Below, piece after piece: positions 45,196 through 56,191 of a stretch of 64,000 nucleotides of DNA. The stretch's first letter is position 1. Each line of letters opens with the position of its first letter. Origin of the DNA: an uncultured bacterium (GTDB lineage Bacteria > Bacteroidota > Rhodothermia > Rhodothermales > Rubricoccaceae); the NCBI GenBank assembly GCA_947493945.1, contig CANLSR010000004.1, positions 138,748 to 202,747 on the forward strand, given 5' to 3'. The translations under genes and the position numbers were made by a program. Under the pieces are notes generated by a model. That model was not told the origin of the DNA. It saw only the letters and a program-made list of their open reading frames with translations, and did no database searches.

Positions 45196-45507
45196 ATGCT
45201 GACGCTCCTCCCGCTCGCCCAGGCCGCCCCCGCCGGCGGCGGCTTGTTCGGCAACCCGCTCCTGCTCCTGGGCCTCTTGTTTGTCGTGATGTGGTTCACG
45301 ATGATCCGCCCCCAGACCAAGCAGGCCAAGGCCCACCGCGAGCTGATCGCCGGGCTCAACAAGGGCGACAAGGTGGTCACGGTCGGTGGCATCCACGGCA
45401 CCATCCGCCAGGTGGACGAGCGGACGGTGCTCGTCGAGGTCGACGGCGGCACCAAGCTGCGCATCGACAAGGGCAAGATCGGGGCCACCCTGGCCGAGCC
45501 CGCGTAA
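45196..45507 (+). CDS. yajC: preprotein translocase subunit YajC
   Basis: 103 aa. One TM, then [33 protein letters not shown]. Confidence 0.9.
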   Translation: MLTLLPLAQAAPAGGGLFGNPLLLLGLLFVVMWFTMIRPQTKQAKAHRELIAGLNKGDKVVTVGGIHGTIRQVDERTVLVEVDGGTKLRIDKGKIGATLAEPA

Positions 45508-45572
45508 GCACGAGCGCCCAGAGCGGGTCTAGAGGGCGCCGGTCCCGACCCCGTCCCCCATCCTGCGCGCTC

Positions 45573-46838
<1,266 letters not shown>

Positions 46839-46847
46839 TCACGCGAG

Positions 46848-46874
46848 CCGCTGGCGGAGGCCGTCCGCCAGTGG
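46848..46874. repeat. REP family 1 (loop GGCCG)
   Basis: CCGCTGGCGGAggccgTCCGCCAGtGG, between convergent ribBA and the GH-like gene. Confidence 0.85.
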
Positions 46875-46881
46875 GGCGGCG

Positions 46882-47958
46882 CTAGGAGCCGCAGGACACG
46901 TTCGCGAAGGCGTCGAACGCCTCGGTCGACTCGCCGTCTGCCGCGACGAGGAACGAGTTGGGGTGCGCGATGTCGGCCCCGGGCTCTTCGACCAGCTTGA
47001 AATAGTACGCCCGGTCGATGTCCATCTCGCCTAGCGCCGAGACGTACTGGCGGACCCGTTCCGCGCGGAACGCCTCGCCGCCGGGTTCGAGCGTGGGGTG
47101 CGGCCCGCCGAACTCGCTGACGACGAACGCGACGTCCTCCGGCCGCTTGCCGACCTCGCGGAGCGACTGCTCCACGGCCTCCCGGTACAGCGGCCAGTTC
47201 CACACGTCGTCATACAGGTGGAGATCGACGGCGTCGGCCTCGACCCCGCCGAAGACGGCGCGGTAACGCGCTTGGAGCTCTGCGGAGGCGGCCCGAGCCT
47301 CCGCCAACTGATCGTCGGAGTACAACGGCTGTCCGTCGAAGACCACGTTGTCGATGCGGCCTTGCGCAAAGGCGAGCGCGCGCAGGCCGTCGATGGAGAG
47401 CGAGCCGAGCACCACGTCGGGCCGCTCGGCCTCGGGGAGCCGCCCGACCTCCTGGCTCAGCACCGCCGCCAGCCGCACGAACGCGTCGGTGTCGCCCCCG
47501 AGGTAGCGGTCGACCTCCCAGTTCCACTCGTTGCCGAACTGGACGGCCGCCAGGCGCGACCCGGCCCGCTCCAAGAGCGCGCGGACGTACTGGCGGAACT
47601 CGGCCTCTCGCTCCTCCGGGGACAGCGCGGCCAGCCAGCCGGGCATCCCCTTGAGCTCGAGCGTGAGAAAGACCTGGACGCCGGCGGCCGCAAAGCCCGA
47701 GAGGCGGTCGTCCAGCGGCCCCCAGACCCAGCGGTCGCGCTCGGGCTCGCGCAGCACCCACCGCTGCCCGAACCGGACGTGGGGCGCGCACAGCGCGTCC
47801 AGGCGCGAGGTCGTAAACGCCCGCTCGTCGGCGCTGGCGGACGGCGGAAAGGCGACGCCCAGAGACAAGCCCTCAGGCGCCAACGTCGGTTCGTCGGGAC
47901 CAGCCGCCGAGCATCCGGCCAACGCAACCAACAGAAAGAGTCGGAAGAACGTCGGCAT
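46882..47958 (-). CDS. lipoprotein, clan GH-A-like glycoside hydrolase fold (family not assigned)
   Basis: Starts MPTFFRLFLLVALAGC. FGNEWNWE (NE acid/base-like) and VVSEFGGP (nucleophile-like) suggest a (beta/alpha)8 glycosidase. Confidence 0.55.
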   Translation of the reverse strand: MPTFFRLFLLVALAGCSAAGPDEPTLAPEGLSLGVAFPPSASADERAFTTSRLDALCAPHVRFGQRWVLREPERDRWVWGPLDDRLSGFAAAGVQVFLTLELKGMPGWLAALSPEEREAEFRQYVRALLERAGSRLAAVQFGNEWNWEVDRYLGGDTDAFVRLAAVLSQEVGRLPEAERPDVVLGSLSIDGLRALAFAQGRIDNVVFDGQPLYSDDQLAEARAASAELQARYRAVFGGVEADAVDLHLYDDVWNWPLYREAVEQSLREVGKRPEDVAFVVSEFGGPHPTLEPGGEAFRAERVRQYVSALGEMDIDRAYYFKLVEEPGADIAHPNSFLVAADGESTEAFDAFANVSCGS

Positions 47959-48026
47959 GGCGAAAGATTCGGGAACGCTAGCCTTGGCAACCGTGACCAA
48001 CCCGCGAGCAATCTAGGTGCGGCGGC

Positions 48027-48053
48027 CGACTGGCGGACGGCCTCCGCCAGCGG
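48027..48053. repeat. REP family 1
   Basis: CCGaCTGGCGGAcggccTCCGCCAGCGG, abutting the stop of the quinone oxidoreductase gene (48055). Confidence 0.85.
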
Positions 48054-48054
48054 G

Positions 48055-48999
48055 TCAGGGCGTCAGCACCAGCTTGCCGTGGACGCCGCCCTCTTGGATG
48101 CGGCGGTGCGCGTCGGCCGCGTCCGCCAGCGGGAGCACGTCGGCGACGAGCGGCTCCAGGTCGCCGGTCTCGACGAGCCCCGCGATCCGCTCCATCATGC
48201 CGCCGGAGCGCTCCATCATCATCGGGAAGAAGGCGGCGTTTTTCTGGTAGGCCCGGCCAAAGTCGCCGCCGGCGTCGCCCACGATGGACACCAGGCGGGC
48301 GCGCGGCGCCAGCGCGGGGATGCTCTTGACGAGGGTGTCGCCGCCGACGGTGTCGAACACCACGTCCGCGCCCACGCCGTCGGTCAGGTCCAGGACCGCG
48401 CCGGTCCCGTCCGACTGGCGGTAGTCGACGAAGGCGTCGGCGCCGAAGTCCAGGAGCGCGTCCTCCATCTCGGCGCTGCCCACCACGACCACGCGCGCGC
48501 CGGCCGCGTGCGCGATCTGGACCGCAAAGTGGCCCACGCCGCCGCCGCCGTGGATCAGGACCGTCTCGCCCAGCTCCAGGCCCGCGCGGTCGATCAGCGC
48601 CTGCCACGCCGTGCTCGCCGCGAGCGGGATGGCGGCGGCCTCGGTGTGCGTCAGGTCGTGCGGCTTGACGACCACGATGTCGGCGTTCTCGACGTGCAGT
48701 TCGGCGTAGGCGCCCTCGGCGTTGATCTCGGCGGTGTAGAACACCTCGTCGCCCTCCACCAGGTCCTCGACGTCGTCGCCGACGCCCTCGACCACGCCCG
48801 AGACGTCGTAGCCCAGGATGGCGGGCGGCTCGACCCCGTAGTCGCCGCCCCGCTGGCGGACCTTGGTGTCGACGGGGTTGACCGACGTCGCGTGGACGCG
48901 GACGAGCACCTGGCCCGGGCCGGGCGTGGGCTCGGCGACGTCGTTGCGGAGGGAGAGGGCGTCGGGGGAGCCGAACTGGTCGAGGACGATGGCGCGCAT
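48055..48999 (-). CDS. NADPH:quinone oxidoreductase (MDR superfamily)
   Basis: Starts MRAIVLDQFG. VHATSVNPVD and IHGGGGGVGHFAVQIA. Confidence 0.85.
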   Translation of the reverse strand: MRAIVLDQFGSPDALSLRNDVAEPTPGPGQVLVRVHATSVNPVDTKVRQRGGDYGVEPPAILGYDVSGVVEGVGDDVEDLVEGDEVFYTAEINAEGAYAELHVENADIVVVKPHDLTHTEAAAIPLAASTAWQALIDRAGLELGETVLIHGGGGVGHFAVQIAHAAGARVVVVGSAEMEDALLDFGADAFVDYRQSDGTGAVLDLTDGVGADVVFDTVGGDTLVKSIPALAPRARLVSIVGDAGGDFGRAYQKNAAFFPMMMERSGGMMERIAGLVETGDLEPLVADVLPLADAADAHRRIQEGGVHGKLVLTP

Positions 49000-49054
49000 G
49001 GGCAGAGAGAGCCGGTGAGAGGGGACGGAGTCAACGCGGGCGAGGCGCCGACGT

Positions 49055-50485
49055 TCAGCCCTGGGGCCGGCCCTCGACCGCCTCCACCTCGTCGCGGACG
49101 CGGTCCTGCAGCACCTCCTGGGCACCGACGGGCCGCTTCCAGGTGCCGCGCCAGAACCACACCAGCGCGACGACGGCGGCCAGCGCGTTCGAGATCGGGA
49201 ACGCCCACCACAAGCCGTCGGCGCCCATCGCGGTCCGCTCCGACAGGAACCAGGCGACGGGGAAGCGGAACACCCAGAGCGCGACGATGGCCAGCACCAT
49301 CGCGATAAACGTGTGGCCCGCGCCTCGGAATGCGCCGCCCAGCACCTGCTGCACGCCGATCAGCCCGAACGTGGGCGCCATGATCTTGAGAAAGCGCGCG
49401 CCCACGGCGACGACATCGGGCTGGCCCGGCAGGAACGCGCCTACGATCTGGTCAGCGAACACGAACCCGACGAGGCCAGCCAGCGACATGCCGGCAAACC
49501 CGATCAGCGTGCCCATCTTGGCCACGCGCTCGGAGCGGTCCACGCGGCCGGCGCCGATGTTCTGGCCCACCAGCGTCGAGGCGGCCATCGACAGGCCCAG
49601 GGCCGGGATGATGACAAACGAGACCACGCGCACGCCGATGCCGTAGGCGGCCACGACCTCGCTGCCGAAGCCGGCCACCAGGACCGTCATCACCGTGAGC
49701 CCCAGCGCCCGCGTCGACTGCTCGACGGACGCCGGGAAGCCCAGCCGGATCAGCCGCGACTGGAGCGGCCAGTCGGGCCGAAAGTCCGCCAGGCGGATCT
49801 GGATGCCGTAGCGCCCGCTCAGGAGCACGCCCACGCCGATGACGGCCGCCAGCCCCTGGGTGGAGAGCGTGGCGAGCGCCGCGCCGGCCACGCCAAGCGC
49901 GGGCATCGGCCCCCAGCCCTGGATAAAGAGCGGGTCGAGGACGAAGTTGAGCAGGACCGTCCCGAACACGATCACCGCCGGCGTCTTGACGTCGCCCACG
50001 CCGCGCATCAGCGACTGGAACACGAAGTAGCCGAACAGGAAGATCAGCCCGGCAAACGAGTACTGGAGGTACTCCGTGGCCATCGGCAGCACGTCGGGCG
50101 CGGCGCCCATCAGCCGCATCACCGGCCGGGCGGCTGTAAACCCGAGGACGGCCAGCGGCACGGACGCGGCCACGGACACCAAGAGCGTCTGGGCCGCGGT
50201 GTGGTTGACGCGCTCGGGCTCGCCGGCGCCGTCGTACTGGGCCACCAGGATGGTGCCGGCGATGCCCAGCCCGCCGCCGACCGAGATCAGGAAGAACAGG
50301 ACGGGGAAGCTGAGCGAGACCGCGGCTACGGCCTCGACCCCCAGCCGGCCCACCCAGAACGTGTCGGTCAGTTGGTAGACCGTCTGGAACAGGTTGGCGA
50401 GCACGATCGGCCCGGCCAGCGACAGCAGCCCGCGGACGATGGGGCCTTGGGTAAGGTTGGCGGACGGGCGGCGGGCGTTGGGCAT
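49055..50485 (-). CDS. MATE-family efflux transporter
   Basis: 476 aa, 12 TM. N-terminal GPIVRGLLSLAGPIVLANLFQTVYQLTDTFWVGRLG. Confidence 0.9.
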   Translation of the reverse strand: MPNARRPSANLTQGPIVRGLLSLAGPIVLANLFQTVYQLTDTFWVGRLGVEAVAAVSLSFPVLFFLISVGGGLGIAGTILVAQYDGAGEPERVNHTAAQTLLVSVAASVPLAVLGFTAARPVMRLMGAAPDVLPMATEYLQYSFAGLIFLFGYFVFQSLMRGVGDVKTPAVIVFGTVLLNFVLDPLFIQGWGPMPALGVAGAALATLSTQGLAAVIGVGVLLSGRYGIQIRLADFRPDWPLQSRLIRLGFPASVEQSTRALGLTVMTVLVAGFGSEVVAAYGIGVRVVSFVIIPALGLSMAASTLVGQNIGAGRVDRSERVAKMGTLIGFAGMSLAGLVGFVFADQIVGAFLPGQPDVVAVGARFLKIMAPTFGLIGVQQVLGGAFRGAGHTFIAMVLAIVALWVFRFPVAWFLSERTAMGADGLWWAFPISNALAAVVALVWFWRGTWKRPVGAQEVLQDRVRDEVEAVEGRPQG

Positions 50486-50630
50486 CGGACGCGTCTACCG
50501 CTGGCACCCCGGATCGCTCCCGGTGCGCGCGGTCTCCACAGGCGCCCCGCTGGCGGTGCTCGCCGGCGACGTCCCCAGCGGACCGCGGCGGCGGCTGGCG
50601 CGTCTGATGCCGGCCTGCCTCCCGGCCGCC

Positions 50631-51251
50631 ATGTCCCGTCTCGTTCTCATCGCCCTCATGACCCTCGTCGCCTGCGCCGAGCCCCCGACCGGTCCGCCCG
50701 GCCCGCTGGCGGAGGCTCCCGCCGTGCCGGCCGATTCCGTCGGCGCGATGCCGACGGGCCGGCCGGAGGCGGTCCGGGACACGATCCAGGTCGAGGGCAT
50801 GGACCAAGCCGTGACGCTCCGCCTAGTCTCGTTCCCCGACGTCCCGCTGCCGTTCTCGACCTACGTCCGGGAAGGGTGGCGGAGCGGCACGGTGGCGTCG
50901 GGGGAGGGGACGGCCGTGCGCCTGACGACGGGCGAGCCGCCGCGGCAGGGGCTGGTGAGCCTGTTCGTCCCCGCCGATGCTGCGTCCGAGGCCGAGGTGG
51001 CCGAACTCGCCCAGGCCTCCGCCGAGTCCTACGGCGGCGCTCGGGAGCGGGACGCCGCCGAGACGTGGGCGCGCCGGTCGTGGACGTTCCAGGACGGCGA
51101 CACGGTCGGGTCGGTCCGCCTGGGCGAGCACGCCGGGACGTTCTTCTACGTCCTGGAGGCGTACCCCATCGACATGGGCGACGGGTTCGCGCCCGCAGCC
51201 CGCGTGGCGCTGGACCGCCTTTGGTGGCTGGACGACGGGACAGCGCTCTAG
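50631..51251 (+). CDS. hypothetical lipoprotein
   Basis: MSRLVLIALMTLVAC lipobox and GC3-rich frame. The alternative ATG is at 50607. Confidence 0.55.
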   Translation: MSRLVLIALMTLVACAEPPTGPPGPLAEAPAVPADSVGAMPTGRPEAVRDTIQVEGMDQAVTLRLVSFPDVPLPFSTYVREGWRSGTVASGEGTAVRLTTGEPPRQGLVSLFVPADAASEAEVAELAQASAESYGGARERDAAETWARRSWTFQDGDTVGSVRLGEHAGTFFYVLEAYPIDMGDGFAPAARVALDRLWWLDDGTAL

Positions 51252-51282
51252 CCGCTGGCGGTCGCTCCTGAACGCTCGCCGC

Positions 51283-51891
51283 TTACTCCGGCGGCCCCGC
51301 GCCCAGCTCGGCCGCCAGCGCGTCGGCGGCGGCCCACAGGGCGGCCAGGTCGCCGGCGTTGTCGATCACTACGTCGGCCCGCTGGCGGGCGGCCTCGGGG
51401 TCGATCTGGTGCTGCATCCGGGCGCGGACGGCCTCGGGCGGCACGTCGTCGCGCGCCGCGGCCCGGGCCACGCGCGTCTCGACGGGCGCGTCGACCCAGA
51501 CCGTGCGGTCGACCACGGCGTCGCCGCCGGTCTCGAACAGCAGCGCGGCCTCGTAGACCAGCACCGCGAGTCCGTCGGCCTCCGCCTGCTCCATCGCGTG
51601 CGCCAGCGCGCGGCGCACGGCCGGGTGGACGATGGCGTTCAGGGCCGCGACCTCGGCGGCGTCGCCGAACACTCGGCCCGCCAGATACGCCCGGTCGAGG
51701 GCGCCGTCCGCCCCGAACGTCTCCGGCCCGAACCGCGCCACCAGCTGGCGGCGCACGTCGGGGTCGTCGGCCATCAGGCGCTTGGCGACGTCGTCGGCCA
51801 GGACCGTGCGCACGCCGGCGTGCCGGCCCAGCCGCGCCGCCAGCGCCGACTTGCCGCTCCCGATCCCGCCGGTGACGCCGAGCGTAGTCAT
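51283..51891 (-). CDS. coaE: dephospho-CoA kinase
   Basis: Starts MTTLGVTGGIGSGKS (P-loop), followed by ADDVAKRLM and VYEAALLFE. Confidence 0.9.
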   Translation of the reverse strand: MTTLGVTGGIGSGKSALAARLGRHAGVRTVLADDVAKRLMADDPDVRRQLVARFGPETFGADGALDRAYLAGRVFGDAAEVAALNAIVHPAVRRALAHAMEQAEADGLAVLVYEAALLFETGGDAVVDRTVWVDAPVETRVARAAARDDVPPEAVRARMQHQIDPEAARQRADVVIDNAGDLAALWAAADALAAELGAGPPE

Positions 51892-52012
51892 GAACCGGAG
51901 GAGACGCGAGGGGCCGGCAGACCACCGAGACCCCCGACGGTCGCGGCCCTGTAGAGACGCCACGGCGTGGCGCCTCCCGGCGCCGTGCGCCGCGTCGGGG
52001 TCGCGCCCGCCG

Positions 52013-52393
52013 TCAAAACGGCGCGTCGTGCGTGACCGCCACGGCCAGCCGCCAGCTGTCGGCGCTAGGGACCAAGGTGTAGGTCGTGGCGAAGGTCCAG
52101 GCCATGCGGCTCCTCGACCGGCCCAGCCGCCAGTCGACGCGGGCCGTCGCGTGGCCCGGCCCCTCCTCCAAGAGCGTCACCTCCGCCGGGCGCACGGTCT
52201 GGACGTCCCAGGCGCGGTGCAGGTCGAGCAGCGCCGCGACGCTCGCCGCGACGTCGTCCTCGGTGGCGAGGGCCGTGGGGAGGCCGTCGCGCACCAGCAG
52301 GCACGGCACGACGTAGCAGGCCGCGATGGCGTCCGCGTCGTAGGCGGCGAACGCCTGGGCGTAGCGCTTGAAAAAGGGGCGGACGGCTTCCAC
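52013..52393 (-). CDS. NTF2-like (SnoaL/DUF4440-type) small protein
   Basis: 126 aa with a GTG start directly after the RidA stop. The FFKRYAQAFAAYDADAIAACY opening is typical of NTF2-like folds. Confidence 0.5.
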   Translation of the reverse strand: MEAVRPFFKRYAQAFAAYDADAIAACYVVPCLLVRDGLPTALATEDDVAASVAALLDLHRAWDVQTVRPAEVTLLEEGPGHATARVDWRLGRSRSRMAWTFATTYTLVPSADSWRLAVAVTHDAPF

Positions 52394-52771
52394 CTAGCCG
52401 ACCTCGGCGATCACCTCGATCTCGACGCGCGCGCCGACCGGGAGCCCGACCACCGCCACCGTCGACCGCGCCGGCCGGTGGCTGCCGAAGGCCTCGGCGT
52501 AGACGGCGTTCATGGCCTGGAAGTCGTCCATCGTCTGGAGGTAGACGGTCGTCTTGACCACGTCGCCGAGCCCGACGCCGGCCTCGGCCAGCACCGCGCG
52601 GACGTTGTCGAACACGCGCCGGGTCTGGGCCGCCACGTCGCCGCCGACGAACGTGTCGGTCTCGGGGTCGAGGGCCACCTGGCCGGAGCAGAACAGCAGC
52701 CCGCCCGTGCGGACGGCGTGGCTGTAGGGGCCGACGGCGGCGGGGGCGCCGGACGCGCTAACGATGGTCAT
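52394..52771 (-). CDS. ridA: RidA-family reactive-intermediate deaminase
   Basis: Starts MTIVSASGAPAAVGPYSHAV. KTTVYL and ARSTV motifs. Confidence 0.9.
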   Translation of the reverse strand: MTIVSASGAPAAVGPYSHAVRTGGLLFCSGQVALDPETDTFVGGDVAAQTRRVFDNVRAVLAEAGVGLGDVVKTTVYLQTMDDFQAMNAVYAEAFGSHRPARSTVAVVGLPVGARVEIEVIAEVG

Positions 52772-52884
52772 GGAGTCGGGGGAGCGAGAGCGTTCAATAT
52801 CGCGCGGCTGCGCGCTGGCGGTGGGGGTCAGCGACACCGTCGGATTTCGTAGGGGCACGCCGGTGGTGTGAGCGTGACCGCGAT

Positions 52885-53940
52885 CTAACGGTTCAGGTCC
52901 GAGATCCGGCCGCGCTCGATGACGGCCGCCGCTTGGCGCCCGCACGCCCGGACGACCTCAATGAGCGCCTCAAAGCGCGGGTCCGAGGCATGACCCTCTT
53001 TCCAGCGCTTGTAGATCTGCTGCGCGATCACCGCCAGCTTGACGAGGCCGTAGACGGTGTAGAACACGGCGTCGCCGGGGTCGCGGCCGGTCCGCTGGCG
53101 GTAGGCGTCGACCAAGCCCTGGCGGGTCGGGTTGCCGGGCCACCACGTCGGGCTGAGGGCGGCGGCGCGCAACGCGGGCGGGTCGGTCGCCTCGACCCAG
53201 TAGCCCAGCGTCGAGCCCAGGTCCATCAGCGGGTCGCCGACCGTCGCCAACTCCCAGTCGAGCACGGCGCGGACCTCGCGCAAGTCGGGGTCGAACACCA
53301 GGTTGTCGTACTTGGCGTCGTTGTGGATGAGCGCCGCGCCGGACTCGGCCGGCTGGTGCTGGCGCATCCACGCGAAGGCGCCTTCCAGGTCCGAGATCGT
53401 GTCCGTCGCGGCGCGTTGGTAGCGCCGCGACCAGCCCTCGACCTGGCGCTCGACGTAGCCCTCGGGCTGCCCCATCTCGCCCAGGCCGACCGCCTCCACA
53501 TCAACGGCGTGGAGGTCGGCGAGGGTGGAGACGAACGCGTCCGCCACGCGCGCCATCGTGTCGGGCGGCTCGGGCTCGGCGCCGGCGCGCAGGATCACGC
53601 CCTCGACGTGCTCCATGACGTAAAACGGCGCGCCCAACACGTCGGGGTCGGGCTCGTAGGCCAGCGCCTGGGGGACGGGCACGCGGCCGTGGAGCGCGCG
53701 CAGCAGACGCACCTCTCGGCCCATGTCGTGGCCGCCCTTGACGTCGGCGCCGGGCGGCGGGCGGCGGAGGACCAGCCGCCGGCCGGGCAGGTCCAGGCGA
53801 TAGGTCAGGTTCGAGAAGCCCGACGGGTACTGGCGGATCTCGGGCGTGTCGTCGACGTCCAGCGTCTTGCGGAGCCAGTCCGCCAGCGCGGCGGCGTCGA
53901 GATCATTGCGGACGGCGGCGGGGCGGTCGAGGTCGGCCAT
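52885..53940 (-). CDS. APH-fold phosphotransferase (ACAD10/11-associated kinase type)
   Basis: Starts MADLDRPAAV. FSNLTYRL and catalytic loop LIHNDAKYDNLVF...VLDWE. 1-nt gap to the upstream hydrolase stop. Confidence 0.85.
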   Translation of the reverse strand: MADLDRPAAVRNDLDAAALADWLRKTLDVDDTPEIRQYPSGFSNLTYRLDLPGRRLVLRRPPPGADVKGGHDMGREVRLLRALHGRVPVPQALAYEPDPDVLGAPFYVMEHVEGVILRAGAEPEPPDTMARVADAFVSTLADLHAVDVEAVGLGEMGQPEGYVERQVEGWSRRYQRAATDTISDLEGAFAWMRQHQPAESGAALIHNDAKYDNLVFDPDLREVRAVLDWELATVGDPLMDLGSTLGYWVEATDPPALRAAALSPTWWPGNPTRQGLVDAYRQRTGRDPGDAVFYTVYGLVKLAVIAQQIYKRWKEGHASDPRFEALIEVVRACGRQAAAVIERGRISDLNR

Positions 53941-53941
53941 G

Positions 53942-54757
53942 TCAGGCGGAGAGCGGGTGGCGGGAGAGCCAGTCGAGCACCAGCGCCTGGACGCGCTCGG
54001 GCGCTTCGACGGGCGGCGTGTGGCCGACGTCGGCCAGCTCGACAAACTCGGCGTCGGGCAGGCGCTCGGCGTCGGCGCGGGCTTGGGCGGGCGGGTGCGG
54101 CCGGTCGTGCTCGCCGGTGACGACGAGCGTCGGCGTGCGGATCTGGGCGAGCCCGCCCGAGACGTCGTCGCGGTCGAAGATGCCGCGGCCGGCGCGGAAT
54201 ACGCCCTCGCGCGAGTTGGTCTGGACGATGCGGCGCTGCTCGCCTACGCCCCGCTGGCGGTCCGGGTCGGCGAGGAACGTGGGGCCGTAGAGGATGGGCA
54301 TCACCTTGTCCAACACGGCGCGGTAGCCGAGCAGCCGGAGCGCCCACAGCAGCACGCCGTACTGGCGGAGCGCGTCGGCGCCCTCGGCCTGGGCCGTGGT
54401 CCCGATCTGGACCAGGCTCGCCACGCGGCCGGGCGCCCTGAGCGCCAGCCGCCAGCCGACGTAGCCGCCCATCGAGTGACCGACGTAGTGGAAGCGGCGG
54501 ACGCCCAACGCGTCGAGCAGCGCCAGCGCGTCGGCGGCCAGGTCCCACGGGTCGTAGCCGTCCGGGGTGACCTCGCTCCGGCCCTGGCCCCGCCAGTCGG
54601 GGGCGATCACGCGGTAGCCGGCCTCCACCAACGCCGGCACCAGCCGGTCCCACAGCGCCGACGTCATAAGGTAGCCGTGGCCCAGCACGACGGTCTCCGG
54701 CCCCCGCCCGCTGTCGTGGTAGAACAGGTCGGCGCCGAGGGCGCGGAGAGTGGGCAT
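53942..54757 (-). CDS. alpha/beta-fold hydrolase
   Basis: Starts MPTLRALGADLFY. VVLGHGY, nucleophile elbow VGHSMGG, C-terminal GHTPPVE. Confidence 0.85.
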   Translation of the reverse strand: MPTLRALGADLFYHDSGRGPETVVLGHGYLMTSALWDRLVPALVEAGYRVIAPDWRGQGRSEVTPDGYDPWDLAADALALLDALGVRRFHYVGHSMGGYVGWRLALRAPGRVASLVQIGTTAQAEGADALRQYGVLLWALRLLGYRAVLDKVMPILYGPTFLADPDRQRGVGEQRRIVQTNSREGVFRAGRGIFDRDDVSGGLAQIRTPTLVVTGEHDRPHPPAQARADAERLPDAEFVELADVGHTPPVEAPERVQALVLDWLSRHPLSA

Positions 54758-54790
54758 GGCAGCAGCGTGGCGAGGGGGACCGGTACGCCG

Positions 54791-54815
54791 CGCTGGCGGA
54801 CGCGCTCCGCCAGCG
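54791..54815. repeat. REP family 1 (loop CGCGC)
   Basis: CGCTGGCGGAcgcgcTCCGCCAGCG in the ACAD-hydrolase spacer. 25 nt are identical to 19931-19955. Confidence 0.9.
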
Positions 54816-54830
54816 GGCCGAGGGGCGGGG

Positions 54831-56063
54831 TCAGCGGTAGCGCTTGAGCTCCTGGCGCGCCACGACGCCCTTGTGGACCTCGTCCGGCCCGTCGTAGATG
54901 CGGGCGGCACGCTCGTGGCGGAACCAGAAGGCGAGCGGCGTGTCGTCGAGCACGCCCAGCCCGCCCAGCGCCTGGACGGCGCGGTCCAGGACGCGGCCCA
55001 GCGTGCCGGCGACGGTAAACTTGATGGCGCTCACCCCGGCGCGCGCCGCACGCGCGCCGTCGCGCTCGATGGCCTGGGCCGTGTCGAGGACGTAGAGCCG
55101 GGCCGCGTCGGTCTCGGCGCGGCTCTCGGCGATCCAGAACCGAACCGCCTGCTGCTCGGCGAGCGCCCGCCCCGGCGCGATCTCACGCGCGAGTGCTCGG
55201 CGGCACATGAGGTCGATGGCGCGCTCGCAGACGCCGATCCAGCGCATGCAGTGGTGGATCCGGCCCGGCCCGAGCCGCTCCTGGGCCAGCTGGAACCCGC
55301 CGCCGCGCGGTCCCAGCAGGTTCCCTTCGGGAACGCGCACGCCGTTCAGGCGGATCTCCGAGTGCGACAGCCAGCCGGCGCCCTCGTCGCCCATCACCGG
55401 CAGCCGGCGGACGTGCTCGACGCCGTCCGCGCCGGTGGGCACCAGGACCATCGAGGCGCGCTTGTAGACGCTGGCCTCGGGGTCGGTGACGGCCATGACC
55501 ACCATCCAGTCGGCGCCGTCGAAGCCGGTCGTAAACCACTTGTGGCCGTCGAGCACCCACTCGCCCGCCCCGCTGGCACCCTCCGCCACCCCGCCAGGGA
55601 CAGCGCCAGCTAGCCGGGCGGTCGTGGACATGACGGTCGGGTTGGAGCCGGCGTGCTCGGGCTCGGTCATGGCAAAGCACGACCGCGCCGCCCCGTCCAA
55701 CACGGGCTGCAAAAACTGGCCGCGCTGCGCGTCCGTGGCGTGCGCCAAGAGCAGCTCCATGTTGCCGATGTCGGGCGCCTGACCGTTCGTGGCCCAGTGG
55801 CCGAGCGGGCTCCACCCCAACGCCTCCGACACGCGCCCGAACTCGGGCAGCGGCAGGCCGGCCCCGCCGTGGTCGGCGTGGAGCGCCAGGTTCCACAGCC
55901 CGTCGGCCCGGGCCTTGTCCCGCACCTCGTCCATCGCCTCCGCCAGCGCGGCGTAGTCGTGGTTCAGCAGCAGCGGTTCGAGCGGCACGCACTCGTCGGC
56001 GACAAACTGGCGGACGCGGTCGAGCAAGGCGTCGAGGTCGGGGGCGGGCGGGGCGGCAGTCAC
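54831..56063 (-). CDS. acyl-CoA dehydrogenase, ACAD10/11-like subfamily, with repeat-derived insertion
   Basis: 410 aa. [23 protein letters not shown] and [11 protein letters not shown]. The loop between them carries the extra segment [18 protein letters not shown], encoded by the family-2 element. Confidence 0.9.
   Translation of the reverse strand: MTAAPPAPDLDALLDRVRQFVADECVPLEPLLLNHDYAALAEAMDEVRDKARADGLWNLALHADHGGAGLPLPEFGRVSEALGWSPLGHWATNGQAPDIGNMELLLAHATDAQRGQFLQPVLDGAARSCFAMTEPEHAGSNPTVMSTTARLAGAVPGGVAEGASGAGEWVLDGHKWFTTGFDGADWMVVMAVTDPEASVYKRASMVLVPTGADGVEHVRRLPVMGDEGAGWLSHSEIRLNGVRVPEGNLLGPRGGGFQLAQERLGPGRIHHCMRWIGVCERAIDLMCRRALAREIAPGRALAEQQAVRFWIAESRAETDAARLYVLDTAQAIERDGARAARAGVSAIKFTVAGTLGRVLDRAVQALGGLGVLDDTPLAFWFRHERAARIYDGPDEVHKGVVARQELKRYR
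55581..55618. repeat. palindromic element family 2, diverged copy inside the ACAD gene
   Basis: CTCCGCCA + CCCCGCCAGGGACAGCGCCAGCTAGCCGGG. Two stem mismatches relative to 33219-33248. Preceded by a decayed REP-like CGCTGGCacccTCCGCCA. Confidence 0.8.
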
Positions 56064-56191
56064 GGGGGCGGGGCGCGGGGTGGGGGAACCTAAGCCCCAC
56101 CCCGCGCGGTGTTCGGGTCCGAGACGGCCCCGGCCCGGCGCCGCTCAAGTGCCGCCCGGCTCCGCCGATACCCGAGAGACAACTCCCAGAC

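Noticed and set aside
45508-45572. An FMN riboswitch upstream of ribBA.
   Set aside because: Only 65 nt separate yajC from the ribBA start. That is too short for an FMN aptamer plus expression platform, and no conserved FMN-element strings are visible.
45063-45572. The N-terminal 170 codons of the 591-aa ORF that ends as ribBA.
   Set aside because: This stretch overlaps the SRP-like hairpin and the well-supported yajC gene in another frame. The conserved RibB N-terminus begins at the ATG at 45573.
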